A stretch of DNA of 64,000 nucleotides, from NCBI GenBank assembly GCA_000004985.1, contig GG738852.1; one strand, given 5' to 3'. The translations under genes were made by a program, and so were the position numbers. Positions 12,151-23,621 of this stretch are shown piece after piece. Numbering within the stretch: position 1 is the first letter of the stretch; each line of letters starts with the position of its first letter. Below the pieces are notes generated by a model. The model had not been told where the DNA came from, searched no databases, and saw only the letters and a list, made by a program, of their open reading frames with translations. The stretch is from Naegleria gruberi. Lineage: Eukaryota.

Positions 12151-13061
12151 TTATACATTTACAACAGTTGTTCCTGTAGCACCAGTTGTAACAACAGTGA
12201 TACCACCACTTGGTCCTCCCTTATTTCCTCTCTTTGTTGTATAGATTACCAAAGCTGCAATTGCAATGCATGATAAACAACAACAAGCAATAATACCAAT
12301 AATGACACCAATGGCAATTCCTGTTGCATCTGGTGGAGTTGCTTCCTTAACATTTCTTGAAGGAGTATCTGAACTAGTGGTTGATTCCAAATAGCCATCC
12401 AAATAGCATTTGGAAGTTTCAGAGGTTAATGTGATTGTGAATAATTCATCAATATTTGAAGGAGCTACCAAGGAAACTGGTTTGTCTTGGCCCAAAAGAC
12501 TTAACAATCCCACTTCGAAAGTAAAGAAGTTTCCCTCAGATGTCTTGATCTTTAGTTTGCCACCTGCAGCAACATGAACAGTTCCAGTATATTTCATTCC
12601 CTTTGGAACAAGCATTTTATAGGAACCAGAGCTAGGAATGTCGTTAGTTCTAGATGTTGCAACTAGATTGTTGATGGAGGAAGGTAAATCAGTTGAAGAT
12701 TTGTCCTTAAATTCCATAGTAATAACAGTGGAGCAAATATCTAATAGGTCTTTTCTCTGAAGTGTGAAAATGTCTCCATCTTTGTCAGGAATTAATTCTA
12801 ATTCGAGTAATTTATCTGTAACTTGAATGGTCTTGAAGGTTTCTCCATTTCTAAGAACCAAAATGTTGCAAATAAAAGGGGTTGAACTATGGTCAAGTTA
12901 GCCTTCATATTACTTTGAAAAGGAACTGATGAAATAGATTTATAATCCCCTCCAAACGTAAAGTACCTTTTGCCAGCTCCAAAATTAACATCACACACAA
13001 TAAATTCGCTAATCATTAAGGTTGCTGTTAAGGCAAGCAAAAATAGTAAGGAAGCTTTCAT
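12151..13061 (-). CDS. Type I membrane protein with a signal peptide and one C-terminal TM helix. Two exons.
   Basis: Exon 1 is 13061-12967 and encodes a signal peptide (MKASLLFLLALTATLMISEF...). The intron is about 12966-12887 (gtac...atag). Exon 2 is 12886-12151. Total length is divisible by 3. Cys-rich TM helix IAIGVIIGIIACCCLSCIAIAALVIY, then a short G/T-rich tail. Confidence 0.55.
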
Positions 13062-13647
13062 GTTGAAGTTGTTGAAGTATTTGTTTTGTTTTCAATATAT
13101 TCAAAATTATTTTGTTCTCTGGCTTTTTAAACCTTTTGCATCCTTTGTGCCTGCAGGCAGTTTGTCAACGAACGCATTTATGCACTTTTAAAGACAGAGT
13201 TTACAACTGTAAATCGAGTGCCCTCCATTACAACGTAAAGTGTTTGTCGTAAATAGTATTGTTCCTGTAATGAGGTGAGTGTTACGATTACTGAGGAAGA
13301 GAATTAAATACGAATTGTGCATATGTGCCTGTTGTGTAAAACCAAGCATAAGTTGACACTTCATGCATTGTTGTACGATATTTTGATCATTCAATATACA
13401 CATCTCAAAGCAATTACTTACCATTCACATCGACAATATTAAATTGGTGTCAGATCCGGCTACAGGTTATTGATGGCAATCTTAATGAGAACCTATTCTC
13501 AAGAAATTTCAATGTCCTCCTATTTTTAATTAACTTGTTTGCATTCTTATTGAATTAAAACAATTTTTGTCAATTTCCTTGAAATGATAATATTAATACA
13601 TTTGAAGGGAAGTTGTAAATTATGTATTGTGTGAACATCCAATAACA

Positions 13648-15486
13648 ATGTCCAAAAAAAACCCAAAAAAAATGTCAAGCATTGCCACAACTGTGCATCT
13701 TGTGGATTTCCATCCAACACTCACATGCAATCACCTTCATCTCTTCCGACAATTCATGATGCAAACTCAATCACGCAAAAGTACTTTCCTCCGACTTCGA
13801 ACAGATGCATTATTACTGGGTGGTTATCATTTACGCACTCTCCGTATATTGTTGAGTCAAGTAGAAGATGAGTTTCGAAAAGAGTTATTGGATGATGAAC
13901 AAGTCATGTCAAAATATGTTGATTTTGATGGTAGATTGTATTTTTGGGCAAGTGATAGATTGAAAGATGATTTTAATTTCATTAAGAGAGCTGTTCAACA
14001 GAATGGAATGTTAATATTAAGCATTAATGAAGGACATTTATCAAGAGATTTGATGATGACAGCAGTTCAAGAGGATGGTTTGGCAATTAAAGCTGGTTTT
14101 GATTCAGATTTGGAAATTTGTAGACAAGCTGTCAAAAGCAATGGACTGGCATTTGATTATATAAGCGGAGACATGGTAAATAATGAGATTGCTAACTTGG
14201 CTTTTGATGATAATCCATTTGATGACCGTTGTTCTTACCTAATTACAGATGAACATGTTCGAAATAAGGTGGCTCTCCATTGTGGAATTTTGACAAATGA
14301 CGTTGGGTCAAATTTTAGAAAGGAAATAATTGAAGAGGTTTTAAAAATTAGTCCATTCTCCCAACATTATTTATACCAGTTTAATAATCTGTCTGAGGAT
14401 GAAATATTTGATTTGACTAAAATAGCCATTCAATATGCTGGTGATGTGGACGAAATAATTCGTCTCGACGATTTCACAATCGAACAATGTGAAGAATTGG
14501 TAAAATATGAAGGAAATATTCTTGGTTTAATTGAGGATGAAGATCAAACAAGAGAAATGATTCAAAGTGCTGTGAGAAATTGTGGAACATCTCTGAATTT
14601 TGCCAATAAGGAACTTGTTGATGATGAAATTATACTGGATGCAATCAAACAAGATCCACAAGCTATTCAATTCACTAAATATGATAGTAATTTCATATTG
14701 GATCGTGTGAGAGAGAATGGAGAGGTTCTGGCTCATATTCATGAAGAGCAACAATTTGGAGAGGACAGAGAAATAGTATTGGCTGCTGTGAGTAATTATG
14801 GAATGGCACTGGGGTATGCCTCTGGAGAATTACAAGATGATGAGGAAATTGTAATGGCAGCAGTTTCAAATTGTGGAGTGGCTTTGGAATTTGCCGATAA
14901 TCGATTGAGAGGTAGACCAGATTTTGTTCTCAAGGCAGTTTCTGAGAATGGTCTTGCATTAGAATTTGCCCTTATTCAAAACGAGGAAATTGTAACAACT
15001 GCTCTCAATCAATGCGTATTTGCCTTCTCTTTTGTTGAGCCACAATGGGTTACTAAGGAAATTGCTATTATGGCAATTAAAAGATGCCCTTATTTGTTCA
15101 AAGAGGAAAATATGCTCCACGTTCGTGATAGAGAGGTGACACTTTGTGCAGTAGCAGGTTTTGGAGGAAATTTGCAATTTGCAGCAGATGAATTCAAGTC
15201 TGATTCAGAAGTTGTAATGATTGCTGTGTCAAATTGTGGATCGACACTGAGTGAGGCAGATGAAGATTTGCAGGATGATTACGAAATAGTCAAGGCAGCT
15301 ATAATGAACAATCCATCAAGTCTGGATTTTGCATCCGATAGACTCAAATTAGATTGGTCACTCCTCAGACTTTATAAAGAATTGCAAGATGCTGACCTTT
15401 TCATTCTCAATTCATGGGAAGATGAGTTTGGCTCCACTTTGAAACGATACAGAGAGGAGGAAGATGACTTGTTAGAAGGAAGATGA
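13648..15486 (+). CDS. DUF4116-like tandem-repeat protein.
   Basis: About 12 degenerate repeats of about 36 aa with the pattern AVxxNGxALxFAxxxLxxDxEIVxxA. First in-frame ATG is at 13648 (the track start is a TTG). TGA at 15484-15486. Confidence 0.6.
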   Translation: MSKKNPKKMSSIATTVHLVDFHPTLTCNHLHLFRQFMMQTQSRKSTFLRLRTDALLLGGYHLRTLRILLSQVEDEFRKELLDDEQVMSKYVDFDGRLYFWASDRLKDDFNFIKRAVQQNGMLILSINEGHLSRDLMMTAVQEDGLAIKAGFDSDLEICRQAVKSNGLAFDYISGDMVNNEIANLAFDDNPFDDRCSYLITDEHVRNKVALHCGILTNDVGSNFRKEIIEEVLKISPFSQHYLYQFNNLSEDEIFDLTKIAIQYAGDVDEIIRLDDFTIEQCEELVKYEGNILGLIEDEDQTREMIQSAVRNCGTSLNFANKELVDDEIILDAIKQDPQAIQFTKYDSNFILDRVRENGEVLAHIHEEQQFGEDREIVLAAVSNYGMALGYASGELQDDEEIVMAAVSNCGVALEFADNRLRGRPDFVLKAVSENGLALEFALIQNEEIVTTALNQCVFAFSFVEPQWVTKEIAIMAIKRCPYLFKEENMLHVRDREVTLCAVAGFGGNLQFAADEFKSDSEVVMIAVSNCGSTLSEADEDLQDDYEIVKAAIMNNPSSLDFASDRLKLDWSLLRLYKELQDADLFILNSWEDEFGSTLKRYREEEDDLLEGR

Positions 15487-15714
15487 TACAGAGACATTCT
15501 CACCAACAGCTAAAATTAAGAAATTAAACAGTGATGAATAAATTACTTTACTTGTCATCTATACCTCTGAATTCGTGGTTCTTTATTCGAAACTAATCAA
15601 ATATTTGCCTCACTTCTTTTGCTTTGTCAGCAGAAGGTAGGCAACAGAAGGATTCCAACAGATTGCTTAGGACAGTGAATATCATGCTTTGAGCAAGCTC
15701 ACATTGAACACTTA

Positions 15715-17058
15715 TTACTTCTTTTCTCTATTCTTTCTATCTGAATTGTAGAATGGTGAAGAAAAGTCTGTAGTGTCTTGATCTTTGAGATTGGTATACT
15801 TAGGTTGACGAGCTCTTCCAGGATTTTTTGTTTGATAATATTTTGGCAGTAGGTCATAATTGATATGATCCTTACCGGTCGGTGCATGAGCAACTTGGGC
15901 TGCCTTCTCAGCAATTTCCTCATCATCCATAAAGAAGGCACCCTTGTGGTAGTATCTTTGTCCTGTTTTGAATTTTGGCTTTTCAGTGTTTTGAGAATTT
16001 GATTTACCCTCCTTATCTGCACTATCCTTGAAAGAGGAATTGTTTGCTCTCCTTTGTAATTCCTTATCAGATTCGTCTCTGGTTTGTTTAATGAGCGAGA
16101 GACGTTTCATTTCTCTTTCAATCCAGGCCATCATTTCGCCATTTGGATCAATATCATCAGAATCATTCACACTCAAAATATCTTCATCAATCTTGACAGC
16201 CTTCTTTCTGTTAGCTTCATTTTCCAATTCTTTATCCAAGAGCTTGACACTCTTTTCACGTTTTTGTTCTTGTCTCTTTCTTTCCAATTCTAATTGTCGA
16301 TTTTCTTCTTCCTCCAATTCTTGATCAGTCTTAATAGTTGACCTCCTATTTTTAGAAATGAAAACTGGCCTAATATCTTCCTCTTCACTGCTACTACTGG
16401 AGCTATCACTACTCTCTATTTTGTGGTGATGTTGGGTAGTAATGGAGTGTTGTTGATTATTGGAAGGAATATTTTGATGAGTTGATTGTTGAATAGTTGA
16501 TGATTTCACAGGTGATTGATCTTCCTTTTTCACAACCTTTAGTTTTTTTCTATCAATTTCCAAATCTTCATCATCACTACTTTCATTCATCCTTTCCTTA
16601 TTCTTGGCTTCTTGAATTAGAGGAGCTGACACATCTTTTTCAGATTTCACCACTTGGGATGAATTCATTGAATGTGTACTAGAAGCTCCTCCAAGAAGCA
16701 TGGCATCCAATGAATTTAAACTAGCATCCTCTTTTTGTTTGGAAAGAAGACGAGCTCTGAGTCTTGCTCTTCTATCTTCCATATCACTATCTTCTTCATC
16801 TGATGAAGATGATTCCGATTCAAATCTTCTCTCCTCATTATTATTCTTTGAAATGACTCTCGTTGTTGTATTAGGTTTAATAGCAGCAATAGGTTGTTGT
16901 TGTTTTGTTGTTATATTACTAATTGCTTTAGAAACTTGTTGTGGAGTAAATTGCTTTTGATTGTTTTTAGTTGATGATGCAAATACACCACCATCATCAT
17001 CCGAATCGGAATTGTTGTTGGCTATTGATGGTGCTTGCCCTTTTCTAAGTCTTTTCAT
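15715..17058 (-). CDS. Microfibrillar-associated protein 1 (MFAP1)-like spliceosome-associated protein.
   Basis: Charged, S/E-rich protein. The C-terminal block YYHKGAFFMDDEE...DHINYDLLPKYYQTKNPGRARQPKYTNLKDQDTTDF matches the conserved MFAP1 C-terminal motif. Confidence 0.65.
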   Translation of the reverse strand: MKRLRKGQAPSIANNNSDSDDDGGVFASSTKNNQKQFTPQQVSKAISNITTKQQQPIAAIKPNTTTRVISKNNNEERRFESESSSSDEEDSDMEDRRARLRARLLSKQKEDASLNSLDAMLLGGASSTHSMNSSQVVKSEKDVSAPLIQEAKNKERMNESSDDEDLEIDRKKLKVVKKEDQSPVKSSTIQQSTHQNIPSNNQQHSITTQHHHKIESSDSSSSSSEEEDIRPVFISKNRRSTIKTDQELEEEENRQLELERKRQEQKREKSVKLLDKELENEANRKKAVKIDEDILSVNDSDDIDPNGEMMAWIEREMKRLSLIKQTRDESDKELQRRANNSSFKDSADKEGKSNSQNTEKPKFKTGQRYYHKGAFFMDDEEIAEKAAQVAHAPTGKDHINYDLLPKYYQTKNPGRARQPKYTNLKDQDTTDFSSPFYNSDRKNREKK

Positions 17059-17198
17059 TTTTTTAATATATTATTTCTCCACCTTCATTAAATAATATTG
17101 ATATTACTAAGTAAATTGGTAATAACTATTGTTTTTATTATTTTCTAAATGTTTGAATTAAATATTCACTAAATTAATTATGAAAAATTAACAAGATA

Positions 17199-18428
17199 TT
17201 AATTTTGTTTTCCTTGCTGATAGAAATATTGAATGGTTTGAATGGCAGATTCCTTAAAGTTGTACTTTGGAGTCCAACCATTGTTGGTCAATCTTCTAAC
17301 TGATGCCATTGATGCACTGACATCTCCAGCTCTCTTTGGTTTGTAAATTCTCTTCTTTGCTGGTTTACCTGAAAGTTTAGAACATTCTGATTCAACTAAA
17401 TCAGCCAATTGATTAATTGTAATGTATGATCCATATCCAACATTGAAAACTCCAAATTCTCCAATATAGAATGATGCATAAACATTGGCCCAAACAACGT
17501 CCTTAACATAGACAAAGTCACGAGTTTGTCTTCCATCTCCAAAAACTTCAATAGCTTCATTTTGCTTACAAGCTCTATCAATGAAACGTGGAATAGCAGC
17601 TGCATACTGACTGTTTGGATCTTGTCTTTCACCAAAAACATTGAAATAACGAAGAGCAATGGCAACCATTGGTTCTCCATCTTTGGAATTTTCCAAAGCT
17701 TGTTGACTGTGGAATTTACACAAAAATTCACCATCATACTTGCTTTGAGCATATGGAGATTCACAACTTGGATTCATATTTTCCATCTTTGGAACAGTTG
17801 GATCAAAACCATAAATAGCTGCAGAACTACTAAGAACGACCTTTTTAACATGTCCTGTTGCTCTAGCTTCATCCAATACAATATCAGTTCCAATAGTGTT
17901 AATATCAAAATAAATCTTTGGATTGGACATTGATTCCGGTACAGAAATAAGGGCAGCCAAATGATAAATAAATCTAATTTGGTAAGCTTGGAGAGTTTCT
18001 CTTAATTTTTGTCTATCCATAATAGAAGCCTTTACAAAAACGATCTTTTTTGTTGAATCAATTGAATATAACATTTCTAAATTTGAATTTGTTTCAACAT
18101 TTGGATTTCCTGTTGATTGTGCTGTTGAATGTAAATTATCATAAATTACAATTCTTTGACATAATGGTTCATTCTTAATAAAATGTTCAGCAATATGTGA
18201 ACCAATAAATCCAGCTCCACCTGTAATCATTACAGCATAGGCTTGTGATGGTTCTTTACTCTTCTTTAATTTTCTAAAAAAGTGTGTATTGGCAATACTA
18301 TTATTTCCTCCCGAAGAATGTTGATCGAATAATAAACGAATGACTATGACGATGGCAATGGCAGACACAAGCAGGAGAACCCACTTTCTCGGCTGTTGAA
18401 AAACATTTCCAACCATTGATTGTATCAT
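17199..18428 (-). CDS. NAD-dependent sugar-nucleotide epimerase/dehydratase (SDR family). Probably a type II membrane/Golgi protein.
   Basis: N-proximal TM helix (WVLLLVSAIAIVIVIRLLF). Rossmann motif VMITGGAGFIGSH. A catalytic YxxxK-type segment (SPYAQSKYDGE). The track start at 18521 is a TTG. First ATG is at 18426-18428 (M32). An upstream exon is not excluded. Confidence 0.7.
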   Translation of the reverse strand: MIQSMVGNVFQQPRKWVLLLVSAIAIVIVIRLLFDQHSSGGNNSIANTHFFRKLKKSKEPSQAYAVMITGGAGFIGSHIAEHFIKNEPLCQRIVIYDNLHSTAQSTGNPNVETNSNLEMLYSIDSTKKIVFVKASIMDRQKLRETLQAYQIRFIYHLAALISVPESMSNPKIYFDINTIGTDIVLDEARATGHVKKVVLSSSAAIYGFDPTVPKMENMNPSCESPYAQSKYDGEFLCKFHSQQALENSKDGEPMVAIALRYFNVFGERQDPNSQYAAAIPRFIDRACKQNEAIEVFGDGRQTRDFVYVKDVVWANVYASFYIGEFGVFNVGYGSYITINQLADLVESECSKLSGKPAKKRIYKPKRAGDVSASMASVRRLTNNGWTPKYNFKESAIQTIQYFYQQGKQN

Positions 18429-18741
18429 TTTTAGAGTTTGAGAAGTTATTGTTTGTGATGTTGTTTTTTTCTCTCTGAAGAGTTGTGTTGATTCATTACT
18501 GTGTGTTGTGTCATCCAACAACTATTTTCTTTCCGTTAGGAGAAGAAGATGACGATTAGTTATTGTATCATTATTTTACTAGATCCCATTCAACATTAGT
18601 TTTAGAAAATTGATAAAACAATCATCATGTATTAATAAATCAAAAACATGTAGTATATACAAGCAATTTACTGGAAAACTTTGATTGAACAAAAATAGCT
18701 TTTGCAATTCCATCAGCATCATCAACAATAAGATTAAAAAA

Positions 18742-20184
18742 ATGTTAAAGCGTTCCGTACAAAGTGTTAATAGATTGAGAAAGACATCACAATTGAACAA
18801 GCTTCAAAATCAATTGTTGTGTTCATTGATTGTTAGATCCTATCAATTTAATTCAAATCCTACAAAGAGTGAATTTACTGTGGGAGGAAATATTTCTACT
18901 CATGGAACCATTCCTGGTCTTCAAATTTCTGGTAGTGAAAGTTATTCCGAAAGATTGAGAACAACTCTTTTGAGTGTAAGTGTACTCTGATTGATCAAAT
19001 TTTAATCAATATTTAAATATTATTTAATTAATATTAATATGGAATTAATTTGTATCTTTTTATATACAAAATCCTACTAATTCATCAATTCATTAACATC
19101 AAATAACACTTTATATATTATGGAATTAAATTTTATAATTTGCATGAATGAATTTAATGATCAAATCATCATCATCAATAATTATACAAAATAGCCAATT
19201 ATTATTGTACCACACGGTGAACAATGGGTTGTTGAACGTTTTGGACGTTTCTGTAAAACATTGGACAGTGGTATTCACTTTTTACTCCCATTCTTAGATA
19301 CTGTCTCCTATAAACACACAACAAAGGAAATTATATTGGAAGTTAACAAACAAACAGCCATTACAAAGGATAACGTTCAACTCTCTTTGGATGGTGTCTT
19401 GTATACAAGAATTACTGATGCCTATAAGGCCAGTTATGAAATTGAAAAGCCATTCGTTGCCATTATGAATTTGGCTCAAACTACAATGAGAAGTGAAATT
19501 GGTAAAATTACACTTGATAATACTTTTGCTGAGAGACAACATTTGAATGAAAAGATTGTTCAAGGTATTGAAAAGATTGCTTCTGGATGGGGTATTAGTA
19601 TTCAAAGATATGAAATCAGAGATATTCAAGTACCAACTCAAATTAAACAAGCGATGGATCTTGAAGCTGAAGCTGAACGTAAGAAGAGAAAGACTGTTCT
19701 TGATTCATTGGCTGAAAAGGAAGCTCAAGAAAACGTTGCTAAGGGTAGAAAGACTGCTGTAGAATTGATTTCTGAAGCTAACATGATTGAAGAACAAAAT
19801 ATTGCTAGAGGTAGAGCTTTTGCTATCAAGGCTAATGCTGAAGCTTATGCTGAAGCTATTGAAAGATTGGCAGCTGCTATCAGTAATGAGAATGGTGAAA
19901 AGGCTGTTGCTTTAAAGATTGCTGAACAATATATTGAACAATTTGGTCATTTAGCAAAGGCTGGTAACACTGTCATTATTCCAAACAATGTCAATGATAT
20001 TTCTGGACAAGTTACACAAGCTGTCACCATTTTTGATCAAATTTTCAACAAGACAAAGAACCAAACTCCAGCTCTTTCAAAGGAACAAGCCTTATTGAGG
20101 TTAAAGGAAATCAGTGGTGTTGAAGAACCAACTCATGTCAATGTCACTGAAGCTCCAATTAAGCCATCATCAAAACTTAATTAA
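18742..20184 (+). CDS. STOML2: Stomatin-like protein 2 (SPFH/band 7), mitochondrial. Two exons.
   Basis: Exon 1 is about 18742-18975 and encodes a presequence-like MLKRSVQSVNRLRK.... Donor is gtaagt. Exon 2 is 19195-20184 (acceptor aaaatag). Exon 2 is strongly colinear with STOML2 (VPHGEQWVVERFGRF..., LAQTTMRSEIGKITLD, RYEIRDIQVP, EAEAERKKR). My base count near 18961 disagrees with the track by 1 nt, so junction coordinates are +/-1. Confidence 0.85.
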
Positions 20185-20288
20185 TTGTTGTAAATTAAAG
20201 TTAGATTTATTTATTGAGCTATTTGGGAAGTTATTGTCCTAGTTAAATTTAAATTTTGCAAGTTAGTGGAGGAGTGAATATAGTACAA

Positions 20289-21467
20289 TTATTTTTGATT
20301 TGAAGAAATTAGTAATTTTACCCTTGTTAAATTTGCTCTCACAATATAGGTCAGCACATCGTGATCAAATCTCACAAATCCTCCCACAAAATCATCCCAA
20401 TATTTCACACTAAAGTCTCTTGTTGGTAGATCTGTAATTTTCAATCTAATTTTTGCAATTAATAGAGAAGGATCACAATTCATCAAATGAACACTATGAT
20501 AAATCATCACAGTTTCATCTCTGAATGTGACAAAGAAGGCAATAGGTGGTGAATGCTGTATCTCATCTTGGATTCCTTGTCTTTCTGATAATGTACTTGT
20601 ATCATTTAAATGTTGATTTCCCTCAATCCTTGATATTTTCATCAATTCATCCTCTTCCATTTTCATTACTTGTCTTCCCATACTTGTTGCTTGACTTGAA
20701 TTCATCATTAATAATGAATCATTCACTTGTTTTGGTTGTTCCTCTATTTGTGATGATAATATCGATGATGAGGATGGTGTTATTGGCTCATTATGATCGG
20801 AATTATTCACATCCAATACTATAATATTTGATACACATTCCACTCCTCCAACTGCTTGTGATAAGGATGCATCTATTGAATGCTTAATTTCATTTCCAAT
20901 TTTAATTAATTCAGAACTAGCTAATTGAGAATTATTCAATGAATTTGAATTATTACTTTTTTCCTCCGTAGAACTTCTATCAGAGAGTGAACTAGATACA
21001 TGATGATCATCCATATTAATAATTGGTGGTGATATTACACTTGTCGATTCCGAAGGTATTATTGAAGAAGTAGTAGTAGTAGTAGCAGTACTATTAGATG
21101 AAGATGACGATGAAATTAAATTATTCTCATCATTAGTATTATTATTAATAATAGGTTGAGGTGATGAGGGAGGATTCAGTTTCTTCTTCTTTAACAATCT
21201 CACCGATGAATGAGCAAATGAAGTGGCAATACTAGCACTTGTAATCTTTTGAATACCTTTTTGCTTTTTCGATTCAATTGTTTGTTGATGATTATTAACA
21301 ATTTGTTTTGTGTTGTTTTGATTCTTATTAAGAGTTTCAGCAGCAGAATCATCGGAATCATCATCGGAGGAGAGAGTGGTAATTTCTGGAGAGGAATTGG
21401 GAAAGTAATCTTCAATGGGTTTGCTGGGTGTGTCTCTCTTGGCTAATTTTCGATTTTTGGTGTACAT
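20289..21467 (-). CDS. Hypothetical S/N/T-rich low-complexity protein with a conserved-looking C-terminal globular domain.
   Basis: 392-aa ORF with ATG verified. C-terminal about 90 aa is non-repetitive (IAFFVTFRDETVMIYHSVHLMNCDPSLLIAKIRLKITDLPTRDFSVKYWDD...). Family not recognised. Confidence 0.4.
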   Translation of the reverse strand: MYTKNRKLAKRDTPSKPIEDYFPNSSPEITTLSSDDDSDDSAAETLNKNQNNTKQIVNNHQQTIESKKQKGIQKITSASIATSFAHSSVRLLKKKKLNPPSSPQPIINNNTNDENNLISSSSSSNSTATTTTTSSIIPSESTSVISPPIINMDDHHVSSSLSDRSSTEEKSNNSNSLNNSQLASSELIKIGNEIKHSIDASLSQAVGGVECVSNIIVLDVNNSDHNEPITPSSSSILSSQIEEQPKQVNDSLLMMNSSQATSMGRQVMKMEEDELMKISRIEGNQHLNDTSTLSERQGIQDEIQHSPPIAFFVTFRDETVMIYHSVHLMNCDPSLLIAKIRLKITDLPTRDFSVKYWDDFVGGFVRFDHDVLTYIVRANLTRVKLLISSNQK

Positions 21468-21752
21468 TTTTTTTTATTGTAATTTTTTAAATATTATTTA
21501 ATAGTATTATTTAATTTAATAGTTAATGATTGTTTTGATATTTTTGTAGCTTAATGAAGATTTATATGGAATTTTCAAAAATTTTAAAGTGGAATTATCT
21601 TATTCTTTTTGGCCGAATATTTCCGAAAGTAGAATAATCTCATATTCAAATTGTGATTAATTCGTTTTCTAAACTGATAGATTTAACAATATATAATCTT
21701 TCAAATTCAATGAGTCATTCCAGAATATTACATCCATATTATTAATAATCAA

Positions 21753-23498
21753 TTACACATTAACATTCCACGAATAATACTTTTGTAAAACATCTTTAGG
21801 TTTTCGTTGCTGAGCTTCCTCAATTAAATCAAATAAATATTTTGTAAAATTAGGAATATCATTAATAATCATGTCATTCTTCTTATTTACTTTATCAGCA
21901 TAATAAACTCCATAGGTTTGTTCTAATAAACTTGCTTGTTCCCAAAATCCATTGTAATAAAATCCACCACTTGGTAGAATTTCTAAAACTGCTAATTGTT
22001 TTGGTGCAAATCTTGAATTATAAAATGTAGCACCGTGAGGACCAAATATTAATTTGGTATCATTAAAAAGTTTGAATAGACTTTGTAAATTTGGATAATC
22101 ATAGCTTTCGAATATGATTAATTCTTCATTTCTTCCCCGTTTTTTCAATTCCTTATTCAAATAATCGATTAAAAGTGTTTCATTAATTATTCTTCTTCCA
22201 ATATTAACTGTATCAGCATCTTGTCTTGTAAAGTAAACTATCTTTCTTCTCTTTTCGAATGGAATTGTAAATTTCGCATTCAATTTACGTAACATTTCAT
22301 CATAAACACGTTGGGTAGTGAATGGATGAACGAGTGGACTTCTACATGAATAGATTAACTTTTTAGCATGTATAGATTGTTGATGATAATGTTTGTCAAC
22401 CATAAATGAATAAAATTGTTTGATTACTGGATTGTATGATTGCAATCCTGATAAAATAGATGTTGATCCATTAGGAGATGACTCATCTTGTTGATAAATC
22501 ATAGCTTGACTCCAAGTTACAGTTACTCTATCAAGAAAATGTTGAAAACTATACGAATCAGGTGATGTGCATAATATTACTGTATCCAAACGTTCATAAT
22601 CCTCTTCTAATTGTATTTCCACAGTTTTTACATCATTAGGCCCAGTAGTCACTTTAACATTAGGATTTTTGAGATAACTTAAATTATTTGGCAAATGATT
22701 ATACTTTCTAATAAAGGTTTTCATGGAAGGTTTCGTTTTAAAAAATGGTAAATGTGAATGTGAATCACCCATACATGAACCTGCTGACCATTTATCACTA
22801 TCAATAATTGCATCAATATACACATTATTAAACACCAATATTTGCCCATTTGTGGAAAAATAAATTGCCCATTCCAAATCAGGTGCCCATTTCATCATTT
22901 TAATTCTCTTTGATTTTTCCATCCATTCCATTTTCTGTTCATTATTATAAAACTTTGGAGCTTTAATTTTAAATGAATGATAAATTAATTCAATTCCCCT
23001 TTCCAAATTAGTATAATTATTAGTTTGATTATTTTTCATTAGGTAGTGTTTATGTAAACAAGGTGCTGAATGTTCATGCATTCCATTCAGACATTGATCA
23101 ATTTGAATAGGTGCCCAACTCTCTGATGGTAGTGTCTGTTGCTGTTGTTGTTTATTTACCTTCTTTTTTTCTATTGAAATTTCATTAATTTGCTTATTCG
23201 ATTCCAATGATGATGATGATAATTTTTTAAATGATGATTCCAATGATGATGATGATACAGTAGGTTTAATTATTTTATTAATCGAAGATGATGAAGGCTT
23301 TTTCCATTGATTAATATTCATCATCGGAATGATGACATCATTTGAATGATCATTATCATGATGTGTAAATGATGATGATGATGGAGAAGATGAAGGTATT
23401 TTTGTAATTAATAAAAGAAAACAAATAGATAGAAATATGATCGTTAATAATAGGAGGAATATTTTAAAGGTGTGTTTTGTTGAAACATTTTGATGCAT
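21753..23498 (-). CDS. Glycosyltransferase family 61 (DUF563)-like protein, type II membrane topology.
   Basis: N-terminal signal-anchor (IFLLLLTIIFLSICFLLLITKI). C-terminal region has GT61-type motifs (YFTRQD...NIGRRIINE, LIFGPHGATFYNSRFAP). Confidence 0.6.
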   Translation of the reverse strand: MHQNVSTKHTFKIFLLLLTIIFLSICFLLLITKIPSSSPSSSSFTHHDNDHSNDVIIPMMNINQWKKPSSSSINKIIKPTVSSSSLESSFKKLSSSSLESNKQINEISIEKKKVNKQQQQQTLPSESWAPIQIDQCLNGMHEHSAPCLHKHYLMKNNQTNNYTNLERGIELIYHSFKIKAPKFYNNEQKMEWMEKSKRIKMMKWAPDLEWAIYFSTNGQILVFNNVYIDAIIDSDKWSAGSCMGDSHSHLPFFKTKPSMKTFIRKYNHLPNNLSYLKNPNVKVTTGPNDVKTVEIQLEEDYERLDTVILCTSPDSYSFQHFLDRVTVTWSQAMIYQQDESSPNGSTSILSGLQSYNPVIKQFYSFMVDKHYHQQSIHAKKLIYSCRSPLVHPFTTQRVYDEMLRKLNAKFTIPFEKRRKIVYFTRQDADTVNIGRRIINETLLIDYLNKELKKRGRNEELIIFESYDYPNLQSLFKLFNDTKLIFGPHGATFYNSRFAPKQLAVLEILPSGGFYYNGFWEQASLLEQTYGVYYADKVNKKNDMIINDIPNFTKYLFDLIEEAQQRKPKDVLQKYYSWNVNV

Positions 23499-23621
23499 TT
23501 TTTTGTAATCATCTTTGAAATTGATATCTTGTGTGTGAAAATTCAGATTGTTTAGGATAAAATATTTGAAGGAATGGTTATTCTTTGATTTTGGAAGGTT
23601 TGTGAGCTATTCTAAAATAAA

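Noticed and set aside
18685-18741. N-terminal extensions shown by the track for several ORFs (18685, 35544, 13627, 7136, 18521, 40050, 46550, 12861).
   Set aside because: These track starts are TTG/GTG codons. I trimmed each to the first in-frame ATG or to a spliced model.
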